Part shown: positions 8,383-16,700 of the stretch, piece by piece | Layout: each line of letters starts with the position of its first letter | How positions within the stretch are numbered: position 1 is the stretch's first letter | From: a virus | Reading direction: 5' to 3' (one strand) | IMG/VR virus record: IMGVR_UViG_3300025101_000019 | Span: 64,001 to 128,000 of that record | Length of the DNA: 64,000 bases | Position numbers and translations under genes: made by a program | The notes under the pieces: generated by a model | Seen by the model: only the letters and a program-made list of their open reading frames with translations | The model's database searches: none | Told to the model about the DNA's origin: nothing

Positions 8383-10526
8383 ATTTTCACCTCGAACTTT
8401 TTATTTAATGTTTTGGCTAACTGAGTCATATTATCAACAGAGATGAACTCTGAATCCTTACCATACATTTCCTCAAACTGAGTCTTACTACTTCCATAGT
8501 ATCCATCAGAGATAAAGTAAGATAGGACACCGACACCTGCGTTTCTAACTTTCTTAACTTGGTCAGCCGTATGTTTTACTGCGTAGTCACCACCATAACT
8601 AATTTCTTTGTTGTCAAAGCCAGGCCATCCATCTGAGAAATTGATTAGGTAACTTTCTACACCATTTTTTGTATTGGTCAACTCTTTTAGAATCGCTTCA
8701 AAACACAACCCTTCAGGAGTAGTTCCACTTGGTGAAATATATTTAAACAAGTTTACAATTTTAGAAAACTTATCTTTTCTTGAATCATATGCAATCATCA
8801 TTAGAGGTTGACATCCACTTCCACTATTGTAGTAGATACCTCTATAAGAAATCACTACATTCATATTGTCGGTCATCGATGCCGCCTTTGCAATCGCTAC
8901 GGCTGCCGTTTGAGTGTTGTACCATTTGTCACCACCCATAGAAGAACTTGCGTCAATCGAGATGTGTACTAAACAAGGAGTCGCCGTATTGATATTGATT
9001 TGGTCAAAGATTTGAAAGTTACCGAAACCAATCTCGTGTAACATTCTACCATTTAACTTACCACTCTTCATTCTTGGAGTGTTGTCGATTCTCTCTTCGT
9101 TTCTTGTCTTAAGTTTCTTACCTAAGATAGTTCCAAGTGTAATACCTTTTCTAACTGCCTTATCGTTTGAATCAACTCTCCAACTTCCTAAGTGACCAAT
9201 CATGCCTGAGTCAATCAATGATTGATTTACATTTCTGATTACATAAGTCTGAACACCTTGAGATTGATTTCTCCAATAACCTTGGTCAAGTCCTTTGCCT
9301 GTAACCTCAGTTTCGATATCAGCTTTATCAAGAACATCGATTTTCTTTTTGTCAGCCTTAGTGATTGTAGTTTTTTTGATATCACCATCTAAGAACTTCT
9401 TTTGTTTCTTGATAGCGTTATCTAACATTTTCTTTTGTTTATCATTCAAAGGTTGGTAGTCACCGCCAGCACCATTCTTGTTACCGAGGCCAGTTGGTTG
9501 AGGACTACCTTCTTCGGTAGAAGCATCATCCTTACCATCATCACCCTTAGAGTCTTTACCTTTACCACTTCCGTTACCTTCCATTGGTGAACCATCAGAA
9601 GTTGGTTTGTCATCAGAAGACATCTCAGACTTACCATTAGTATCATTGTCATCACCACCCATTTCTTTTTCAGATGACTTAGACTCATACTCAGCGTCTT
9701 GTACATTTTCGTGGATAATCATATAAATCTGACCTGCCACTTCGAGTGCGTCATTTGATGTTCTTAGTCTTGAAATATTTTTAAGGTCAAGAAGATTCCA
9801 AATCTGTTTCAATCCTTTAAGAGCTTTGAGGTCTCTGTTAGAGTTAGTGATGTTAATCAATCTAAACATATAAGAATCCCAAGTCTCGTCTCTATGTTCT
9901 GAAGACTTAAGACCTTTGTCCACTACATTAGAGTGGAAGTACTTGTTATACATTGACTCATAGTACCCTCTATAACCAGGCGCTGATTTGTAAATGTAAT
10001 TGTCAATTCGTCTGTCCTCAACATAGTTAAGTAAATCTTTTAACTTACTTACAATGTCTCTTCTTTTTGACCACCATGCGGTAGAATACTCATCACCATC
10101 TTCAACCATTTGAATATATGATGATAAAGTTTTTACCCAAGGTAACATAGATTTTGGAAACCCTTGAAGACCATTGTTGTCCATCAGAGTTTTTAACATT
10201 TCGAAGTCAGTAAGTTTGATGTGAGAACCTTCGTGAAGTGCTAACCCAACCACAGGGTCGAATTCTTTGTCATTCATTTTAGCTGATATAACAACCTCTT
10301 TACCATCGGTGTAACTATCATCACCCCTACCATTAAAGGTAACGGGAATAGGTTGGCCTGTAACGATACTAACGAAGTTACTGATTGACTTTTTGTATGC
10401 CATCAACTTCATTAAGTCATTAGACTTCTTCTCAATTTTGTTAGGTTCATTATCCGTATCCCATATTGACTTGTCAAGCCAGAAGGAAGAATAATTCATG
10501 TGGTTTGTATTTCGCATAATTCTCAT
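8379..10526 (-). CDS. vWA-domain protein with N-terminal HExxH region (CobT-like MoxR partner)
   Basis: HEGSH and VED motifs, low-complexity G/D/S linker, MIDAS DASSS...T...SDG. Confidence 0.85.
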   Translation of the reverse strand: MRIMRNTNHMNYSSFWLDKSIWDTDNEPNKIEKKSNDLMKLMAYKKSISNFVSIVTGQPIPVTFNGRGDDSYTDGKEVVISAKMNDKEFDPVVGLALHEGSHIKLTDFEMLKTLMDNNGLQGFPKSMLPWVKTLSSYIQMVEDGDEYSTAWWSKRRDIVSKLKDLLNYVEDRRIDNYIYKSAPGYRGYYESMYNKYFHSNVVDKGLKSSEHRDETWDSYMFRLINITNSNRDLKALKGLKQIWNLLDLKNISRLRTSNDALEVAGQIYMIIHENVQDAEYESKSSEKEMGGDDNDTNGKSEMSSDDKPTSDGSPMEGNGSGKGKDSKGDDGKDDASTEEGSPQPTGLGNKNGAGGDYQPLNDKQKKMLDNAIKKQKKFLDGDIKKTTITKADKKKIDVLDKADIETEVTGKGLDQGYWRNQSQGVQTYVIRNVNQSLIDSGMIGHLGSWRVDSNDKAVRKGITLGTILGKKLKTRNEERIDNTPRMKSGKLNGRMLHEIGFGNFQIFDQININTATPCLVHISIDASSSMGGDKWYNTQTAAVAIAKAASMTDNMNVVISYRGIYYNSGSGCQPLMMIAYDSRKDKFSKIVNLFKYISPSGTTPEGLCFEAILKELTNTKNGVESYLINFSDGWPGFDNKEISYGGDYAVKHTADQVKKVRNAGVGVLSYFISDGYYGSSKTQFEEMYGKDSEFISVDNMTQLAKTLNKKFEVKI

Positions 10527-10543
10527 TTTTTAATCTTACAATA

Positions 10544-10599
10544 TAAAGATAAGACATTTTTGTCTAATTGCCAAATTTCTAATGTTAAGAAATTGTTAA
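10544..10599 (-). promoter_or_regulatory. promoter with TTAACA-N5-TTAACA repeat
   Basis: Repeat 10583-10599, 7 nt gap, TTTGG-N19-TATCTTTA. Confidence 0.8.
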
Positions 10600-10736
10600 A
10601 TTTTGCCTTTATGTTTTTCTTTACGAGTATAGTGTTTTTTGCTTTTATGTGGCATTGGGACTCGGAGTGAATCTTTCCACTCTTGAAAAGTAAGCGTTAC
10701 TTGCTTTAATTTAATATCTTTCTTTTCTTTACCCAT
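10596..10736 (-). CDS. 46-aa basic protein with ArfA-like KxKKxYxRKxKH tail
   Basis: Hand-translated MGKEKKDIKLKQVTLTFQEWKDSLRVPMPHKSKKHYTRKEKHKGKI; below ORF-track cutoff; has its own promoter. Confidence 0.6.
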   Translation of the reverse strand: MGKEKKDIKLKQVTLTFQEWKDSLRVPMPHKSKKHYTRKEKHKGKI

Positions 10737-10762
10737 ACTGCCGTATCTCTTTCTTTACTATG

Positions 10763-10818
10763 TAAAGATAGTGAATTATATCGGTATTGCCAAACTTTAA
10801 ATGTTAAAATTTTGTTAA
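10763..10818 (-). promoter_or_regulatory. promoter with TTAACA-N5-TTAACA repeat
   Basis: Repeat 10802-10818, 7 nt gap, TTTGG-N19-TATCTTTA. Confidence 0.8.
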
Positions 10819-10846
10819 AGTTTTCAACACTATATGTTAATAACTA

Positions 10847-11197
10847 TTATAGTTTACCCGCGTCTCGTAGTTTTTTACGGATTTTGGTGGCGGATATATC
10901 GTGAATATCGCCTGGTGGAATGTGTTCTATTATATCGTAACCAACACCACGACCATAGTTTACAGATTCAATATCAGGTATTATTATTATTCTAACTCTA
11001 CCATCATGTATAAGGTCTTGAAGTTCTATATGTAGATTGTCGTATACTTCTTGTGGTGTATATGGTTGGTTCTCATTTGGTTCAACATCACGAATGGCAA
11101 TACATACATTCTTGCCTTCGTTTAATCTTTGGTCAATCAACCAACGATGACCATCATGCCAAGGTTGCCATCTACCTATGAATAGTGAGTACTTCAT
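10847..11197 (-). CDS. HxGH nucleotidyltransferase (cytidyltransferase-like) adjacent to APS kinase
   Basis: GRWQPWHDGH and ISATKIR motifs. Confidence 0.8.
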   Translation of the reverse strand: MKYSLFIGRWQPWHDGHRWLIDQRLNEGKNVCIAIRDVEPNENQPYTPQEVYDNLHIELQDLIHDGRVRIIIIPDIESVNYGRGVGYDIIEHIPPGDIHDISATKIRKKLRDAGKL

Positions 11198-11621
11198 TTA
11201 ATGTTTGTATTGGTAGTTTATCATCGGTACATAACCATATATCGTCTGTACCTATTTCCATTGCGTCTGTATGGTAGTGTTCTCGTCCTCTAACTTCTTG
11301 TGTAAATAAGTAAAACATTTTAGGGTTTAAATCTAATAGTTCATCTCGTACATCTTTGTATGGGCCAACAACTGATATGACTACATGAAAGTTTTTATGG
11401 TGAAGGAATCTGGCAATAGTAGTAACCTTTCTCATATTGTTCTTACGACCCTCTTCACTATAATCAGTATTACTAAATACCTCTCTCATAAAATCACCAT
11501 CGATATGTATTACGGGATTACCAATTGTCTTATACTCGAAGTGTTCTTTTAAAAGTTTTGCTATTGTTGTCTTACCTGCGCCGGGTTGACCATAGAACCA
11601 ATATATCATTCGTACAACCAA
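11172..11621 (-). CDS. cysC: adenylylsulfate kinase-like protein
   Basis: GQPGAGKTT, IDGD, YSEEGRKNN motifs. Confidence 0.75.
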   Translation of the reverse strand: MVVRMIYWFYGQPGAGKTTIAKLLKEHFEYKTIGNPVIHIDGDFMREVFSNTDYSEEGRKNNMRKVTTIARFLHHKNFHVVISVVGPYKDVRDELLDLNPKMFYLFTQEVRGREHYHTDAMEIGTDDIWLCTDDKLPIQTLNEVLTIHR

Positions 11622-12241
11622 TTGTCAAGTTCTTCGACTTGAATTAAACCTAAGTCTTCTTCTCGATTTGCATCCATGATATTAAACTCATAAAATGGAT
11701 TGTGTCTTTGTACGAGTGGTGTATCCATAAAGAAATTATTTTGAACAATACCAATACCCCAATCAGTATCTACTACACAAACTTTTAAATCTCTTCTACT
11801 TGTTCTTAACTCGTATATTGCTTTCCATACCGTACCATTCCATGGTTGATACTCACCATCTACCATATAGTTTTCTCTTGCCATATGAGCTGATGGTGGA
11901 TTACAATCGTGTAAAAGAATATAACCATTTGGATTTAGATATCTAAGAGAGTTGTGAATGTCTTGTTTTACTTGATACGATTTGTGTAACCCATCTATAA
12001 AGATAATATCAAATTTATCGTTAGGTCTTCTATCATCCATAAATCTAAAAAACTCATCAGAGGTCATTTGATGGTCAACGGGATTCTCTTCAAACTCAAC
12101 GCCAGGGTCAACACCTTCTTTGTGTTCACATTGTACTTGGTCAAAACAATGAACAGGATTACATACACCAATTTCAAGATAACTTTTGAAGTCGTTCTCT
12201 TTTATTAGTTTGTTTATAATATCAAATCTATAAGTATACAT
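11606..12241 (-). CDS. class I SAM-dependent methyltransferase (Methyltransf_24-like)
   Basis: YLEIGV, DIIFIDGLH, GYILLHD. Start reset to MYTYRF because the longer ORF runs through tRNA genes. Confidence 0.8.
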   Translation of the reverse strand: MYTYRFDIINKLIKENDFKSYLEIGVCNPVHCFDQVQCEHKEGVDPGVEFEENPVDHQMTSDEFFRFMDDRRPNDKFDIIFIDGLHKSYQVKQDIHNSLRYLNPNGYILLHDCNPPSAHMARENYMVDGEYQPWNGTVWKAIYELRTSRRDLKVCVVDTDWGIGIVQNNFFMDTPLVQRHNPFYEFNIMDANREEDLGLIQVEELDNWLYE

Positions 12242-12255
12242 ACTAAATTTTATTG

Positions 12256-12327
12256 TAGCCCCTAGGAGAATCGAACTCCTCTTTCCAGGATGAAAACCTG
12301 GCGTCCTAACCGATAGACGAAGGGGCC
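12256..12327 (-). tRNA. tRNA-Glu(TTC)
   Basis: Cloverleaf GGCCCCT...CCAGG TT TTC AT CCTGG...GTTCGATTC; CCA not encoded. Confidence 0.93.
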
Positions 12328-12337
12328 AGTATATTAG

Positions 12338-12409
12338 AGCGGAAAGGTGGAACTGCCCCACCATCTCCACATTGGTAATGTGGCGAGTTTCTTTTAACTC
12401 TTTTCCCGC
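12338..12409 (-). tRNA. non-canonical tRNA-Gly-like RNA, anticodon ACC
   Basis: GCGGGAA/TTTCCGC acceptor, U73, GAGT/ACTC D stem, CCACA-TTACCAA-TGTGG, GGTGG-GGCAGTT-CCACC. Confidence 0.75.
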
Positions 12410-12413
12410 TTAG

Positions 12414-12485
12414 AGCGGAAGGTTGGAACTGCCCCAACTCCTTTGTACTGGATGTACAACGACTTTCTTTTAAGTCTTCTCCCGC
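12414..12485 (-). tRNA. non-canonical tRNA-Gly-like RNA, anticodon TCC
   Basis: GCGGGAG/CTTCCGC acceptor, U73, GACT/AGTC D stem, TTGTA-CATCCAG-TACAA, GTTGG-GGCAGTT-CCAAC. Confidence 0.75.
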
Positions 12486-12495
12486 GATTGTTTAC

Positions 12496-12527
12496 ACAAT
12501 ATACAAAATAAAATTGACATGGCCAAA
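12496..12527 (-). promoter_or_regulatory. Bacteroidota-type promoter driving the tRNA-Gly-like pair
   Basis: TTTGG-N19-TATATTGT ending 10 nt before the first G of the RNA. Confidence 0.75.
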
Positions 12528-12534
12528 TTTTTAG

Positions 12535-12608
12535 TGGAGAATATCGGAGTCGAACCGATGACCTCTTCGGTGCAAGCGAAGCGCTCTAGCCATCTGAGCT
12601 AATTCCCC
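12535..12608 (-). tRNA. tRNA-Ala(TGC)
   Basis: GGGGAATTAGCTCAGATGG...CT TGC AC...GTTCGACTC; G3-U70 pair. Confidence 0.95.
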
Positions 12609-12617
12609 AATAAAGAT

Positions 12618-12887
12618 TTATCCTTTTAACAATTCCTTTTCATCCGATTCGGATACAGGAATGTCGTGACCATATTCTTTACCAAAGTTTTTAGTAAGTA
12701 CCGACAACTTGCCAGTTGCGGATTCTAACTTACCTAATAACTTATCGATTTCTTCTGTGTGTTGTGGATGTTCACCTATCGCAACAGGTGATTCAAAGTA
12801 GATTGATAATGTCGCCCTTGCGTCCATTATTTCTGCAGTATACTTTGCCTCTAAGGCTTGGTATAATCTTCTTGATAATTTACTCAT
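12618..12887 (-). CDS. hypothetical phage protein
   Basis: PVAIGEHP motif recalled from small phage proteins. Confidence 0.6.
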   Translation of the reverse strand: MSKLSRRLYQALEAKYTAEIMDARATLSIYFESPVAIGEHPQHTEEIDKLLGKLESATGKLSVLTKNFGKEYGHDIPVSESDEKELLKG

Positions 12888-12935
12888 AACAAATTTGTTT
12901 TTAATAGTTAACTTTATATAAATATAATTTTATTT

Positions 12936-13235
12936 TTAATCAACGCTATATAGATTATATTTTAGCGTTATCTCTTCATCACTTGGGATTGGTCTAAGTG
13001 TAAACAACATTAGATTCCCATCGATATCTTGTCTTACTTCACAATTGGGAGTATCACTATGATTTATGAATCCACCCAATGGTGTTCTGATATATCCGTT
13101 TTCAAACTTATCGTTAGGTATATGAGTGACTCCTATGAATCTTGCGTGTGGTAACGACTCAGTTGAATACAATCCTAACCCTTCAATTTCAGATTGTTTA
13201 ATTGTAACTTCTTTTGGTAGTGGTCTATATGTCAT
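12936..13235 (-). CDS. SET-domain methyltransferase
   Basis: SEIEGLGLY, FINHSDTPNC, EEITLKY. Confidence 0.85.
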   Translation of the reverse strand: MTYRPLPKEVTIKQSEIEGLGLYSTESLPHARFIGVTHIPNDKFENGYIRTPLGGFINHSDTPNCEVRQDIDGNLMLFTLRPIPSDEEITLKYNLYSVD

Positions 13236-13983
13236 GTGGTTGGGTTAATGAGTTATTATACATCTCTGTTCTGTATTGTACACCGACACATTCATTCAAT
13301 GCGAATGTAATCAAGTCTTTTTCAAAGATATAGTTGAGGTCTGTTCGTGGTGTTTCACAATATAATGCAGGTAGGAATTCGTCAATAACAAATATCATTT
13401 TTTTATACTTATCTAAATGATTCTCTACTAACTTTTTAATTCCGTTCTTACTTAACAACAATGCGTGAGTTTGATATGAGTAGCCAGGTTTACATATCAT
13501 ATCATCTATTGGAGTATCTTGAACACCTTGAAATCCTGTTTGAAGTAATCTACCTAAATAAAATAAATCATAGTTCATAGATTTTACTTTATCAAGTTGT
13601 GACCAATCCATAGGTTTTTCAAATACAAAGTCATCTTCATATACAAGTATATTATCATATCCATTCTTGTATGCATCTTCCCATACAGCGATATGAGATA
13701 GTGTACATCCAATCTCACCCAATGTGACATCTCTTTGCCAGTAACGATTAGCATTATCTTTTACATGGACATCACTTGTATTTAAGTTCCAATCTTTATA
13801 TGCTTCAATCCCCATCAATTGCATATGATGAGTTGTCAACTTCCTACCATCAATACCAAGTACTTCAAATGGAACTTCGTGTGGTAGTCCAACCTTGTCT
13901 ATCTCTTTTAGAATAGATGCGATGTGTTCATCACTCCAATCTAAACTAATAATGTATATCTTATCTATCGCCTTTTCGGTCAT
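13225..13983 (-). CDS. glycosyltransferase family 25 (COLGALT/Lex2-like)
   Basis: GEIGCTLSH, VYEDD, DLFYLGR, YSYQT, DEFLP. Confidence 0.85.
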   Translation of the reverse strand: MTEKAIDKIYIISLDWSDEHIASILKEIDKVGLPHEVPFEVLGIDGRKLTTHHMQLMGIEAYKDWNLNTSDVHVKDNANRYWQRDVTLGEIGCTLSHIAVWEDAYKNGYDNILVYEDDFVFEKPMDWSQLDKVKSMNYDLFYLGRLLQTGFQGVQDTPIDDMICKPGYSYQTHALLLSKNGIKKLVENHLDKYKKMIFVIDEFLPALYCETPRTDLNYIFEKDLITFALNECVGVQYRTEMYNNSLTQPHDI

Positions 13984-14086
13984 GTAACTCCTGTTGTAGT
14001 TTCTGAATTTGTAGTTTGTCCTTTTGAGTTTGAGGTTTTTTCATTTTCAACTCAAGAATCTTCGCAATGATTTCTTTGTCACTCAT

Positions 14087-14437
14087 TTAGTTTTTCTTTT
14101 TTAATTGTGTTATTATATCAGTTACAAACTCACCTGCGTAAACCTTAGAACCAACACTCCACTTAGTGTTAAATGTTTCAGCGACAGTCAACGCATCCCC
14201 ACTTCTATATTGTTTGTCGGTTTTAAAATCATAGATGGTAAAACATGCGCCGTCCATTTCTCTTTTAAAGACCCATTGTTTTTGAACCTTACCATCAGCA
14301 CTTGGTTCATTGAATGTCGGTTCACCGAATGCTTGAATTAATTGTTTATAAGACCATCCAATAAGATAATCCTTTTTACTCGTCCCATCACATAAGGTGG
14401 ACGCTAGTTGTTTGTCTCGAATTAAATTGTATTTCAT
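14087..14437 (-). CDS. hypothetical phage protein
   Basis: LIQAFGEPT...DGKV..W...TIYDFK pattern. Confidence 0.6.
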   Translation of the reverse strand: MKYNLIRDKQLASTLCDGTSKKDYLIGWSYKQLIQAFGEPTFNEPSADGKVQKQWVFKREMDGACFTIYDFKTDKQYRSGDALTVAETFNTKWSVGSKVYAGEFVTDIITQLKKKN

Positions 14438-14514
14438 AGTGTGTTTTTTTTAAATTTTTCGTGTGAAAAGGAAACTTCGTTTCCACCTTGCACCTTTGCA
14501 CCTTGGCGGCTTAG

Positions 14515-14745
14515 TCACTTTTTCATATTGTCGAACCACGATTTCCAAAAGTTGTACCAAAATATCCATGCCGTTATCGGCCATAGAAGGAACGCCCAAA
14601 CCCTTTGTTCGTTTGAGGGGTTGTAAGGTTGACTCAATGCTCCCTTTCTATCTGCCCAATCCAATATAAGATTTATTATGATTGTACTGATACATCCTAC
14701 TATGATATACATAGATATATAATCAAATGTTGTTAATGTGTTCAT
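14515..14745 (-). CDS. small membrane protein
   Basis: Two hydrophobic segments, LWP motif. Confidence 0.55.
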   Translation of the reverse strand: MNTLTTFDYISMYIIVGCISTIIINLILDWADRKGALSQPYNPSNEQRVWAFLLWPITAWIFWYNFWKSWFDNMKK

Positions 14746-15003
14746 ATTATTAATTTAGTTATCTATAATTATCTGAATCGGATATAGTTGTACATAGGTT
14801 ACTTTGGATTACTCGTAGGTACGATACCTTGTCTATACGCTGGAGTATTAGTATCATATCTTTGAATTCACCAAAATTTATACCATGGTTTAGGCGTCAA
14901 CTCAATCTCATCTATCAACCACTTCAATCTCTCACCTGCCATCATTGAACAATCCGATTCACATAACTCTGCGATTTGTTTCAATTGTTTTACTATCTTA
15001 CTA

Positions 15004-15510
15004 TTATCCATGTGATGATGAGTATGCCGAGTTCGTTGCTTTCTCTAACAACCAACTCGATGATTGAACTTTATCTCCAAGATTCCATACCATATCTACT
15101 CCCATAGAATTACAATAGTCCTCTTCTGGTACATTACCTTGTCCTCTATCACCACCATTTCCAAATGCCATAGGTAGTTTATCACCAATGAATCTATCAT
15201 TAGTTCTATCTTTATATTCTCTACGGAAGGTATTCACCGCAGAATAAATTCCATCACACACCGATTTGTCTGTTGGTGTTCTTGGATTACATATAATAGT
15301 TTTAGTTACTCCCTTTATACGAGACATAATATATTCTCGTTCTTTCTCATCCATAAAAGGTTTCCCTTTCTTTTGAGTTAACCAATGGTCGTTATTTAGA
15401 ATCACCCAAACTTCATCTGCCATCTCATGAGCTCTCTCAATCATTTCGAGATGTCCTTTATGTACGGGGTCAAAACCACCACTAACTAACATTACTTTAA
15501 ACTTCTTCAT
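15004..15510 (-). CDS. cytidylyltransferase-like protein (RfaE/TagD superfamily)
   Basis: SGGFDPVHKGH, KKGKPFM, NGGDR, QSSSW. Confidence 0.85.
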   Translation of the reverse strand: MKKFKVMLVSGGFDPVHKGHLEMIERAHEMADEVWVILNNDHWLTQKKGKPFMDEKEREYIMSRIKGVTKTIICNPRTPTDKSVCDGIYSAVNTFRREYKDRTNDRFIGDKLPMAFGNGGDRGQGNVPEEDYCNSMGVDMVWNLGDKVQSSSWLLEKATNSAYSSSHG

Positions 15511-15679
15511 CTAATGCCTGTTTAATTTGTGTTAATGCTATTTGATATGAGTCAACCTTACCTAAGTCTTTATCTTCTTCTTGTAACTTACTGGCTAACT
15601 GCATTACTTCTAATCGTATACCATATGCGTGTGCTTCGAATAGTATCTCTTCTATATGTTCTTCGTTATTCCAACTCAT
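15497..15679 (-). CDS. hypothetical protein
   Basis: ORF in gene string. Confidence 0.55.
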   Translation of the reverse strand: MSWNNEEHIEEILFEAHAYGIRLEVMQLASKLQEEDKDLGKVDSYQIALTQIKQALDEEV

Positions 15680-15760
15680 AGTGATTCCATGTATTGATGA
15701 ATTAATATTGATATCCCAACAACAATCATTACGATTAAAGAAACCTTAATCCCAAAAAAA

Positions 15761-16009
15761 CTACTTTCGTATTGTTGTCGACTTCTTCCCTGCCTTAGTT
15801 CTATATCTTCTTTTGTCATTTCTTTTTTTTCTTTTATCGTATTCTACAATTTCCTTATCCCAATTGTTATGTCTATTATAATAACCTCTCAACTCAGGGT
15901 CATTTTCCATATCTCTTCTTTGAGAGTTATGTCCCCATCGTATTGCGTATAATAAACCAAACAAGTATAGTGAGAATATTACGAATCCTATTATAAACAT
16001 TCCTACCAT
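15761..16009 (-). CDS. small membrane-anchored protein
   Basis: N-terminal TM, basic tail. Confidence 0.55.
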   Translation of the reverse strand: MVGMFIIGFVIFSLYLFGLLYAIRWGHNSQRRDMENDPELRGYYNRHNNWDKEIVEYDKRKKRNDKRRYRTKAGKKSTTIRK

Positions 16010-16218
16010 TATCTTCTTCGTTTATAGTTATCGTTTCTTCTCTGTCTGATAGCTACTGATGCTGCCAGTATTGATGGTACCCAGATACCAACGAATATCC
16101 CTTCTAACTTCAATCCACTAAACCATAGTGATACTGAATATAAGAATGATATGAATGCTAAAACTATTGGATAGTATACTTCCCAAAAGTCCATAATTAA
16201 TTTTAATTTCTTTTTCAT
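16009..16218 (-). CDS. small membrane protein
   Basis: GIFVGIWVPSIL two-TM pattern. Confidence 0.6.
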   Translation of the reverse strand: MKKKLKLIMDFWEVYYPIVLAFISFLYSVSLWFSGLKLEGIFVGIWVPSILAASVAIRQRRNDNYKRRR

Positions 16219-16223
16219 AATTT

Positions 16224-16700
16224 TTAATTTGAATTTAATGCGTAATCACTTACCTTTCTAAATAGCCATGCTTGACCTGCCCCACCTGCGGAGTCTGGCT
16301 TCATAACTACCATTTGCATTCCCTTTAGAAAGAACATCAATCTATATTCCTCATTTTCTTTTTGGACATATAGATACTCTTCTTCTATTGTGAATCTTCC
16401 TGTTGAGGTTTCTTTACCATCTTCTGTATGTGATACTCTTACAAAAGTGTCAGCCGAATCCCCATAGTTCATATACAGAATACTTGACCCATCCCACGAT
16501 GACCAAGTTCCATAAATGTTTTCATTCGATGATTGGAAACCCATCTTAGGTTTCTCATTCTGTGCGTGTGTATTAAGACAATATGTTAGTGTCAATAATA
16601 CAATCATAAATGTGTAAACTTTTTTCATTACATTAGTGTTTTTACAAAGTGAATCGTCCATGCGATTAATCCATTTAGTTGTAGGGCTACTAAGTTCCAT
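16224..16700 (-). CDS. exported lipocalin-like protein (start likely MKKVYT, 16628)
   Basis: Signal peptide ending THAQ, IYGTW motif. Confidence 0.55.
   Translation of the reverse strand: MELSSPTTKWINRMDDSLCKNTNVMKKVYTFMIVLLTLTYCLNTHAQNEKPKMGFQSSNENIYGTWSSWDGSSILYMNYGDSADTFVRVSHTEDGKETSTGRFTIEEEYLYVQKENEEYRLMFFLKGMQMVVMKPDSAGGAGQAWLFRKVSDYALNSN

Noticed and set aside
12242-12370. N-terminal extension of the methyltransferase ORF
   Set aside because: It reads through tRNA-Glu and a tRNA-like gene; the real start is probably ATG at 12241.
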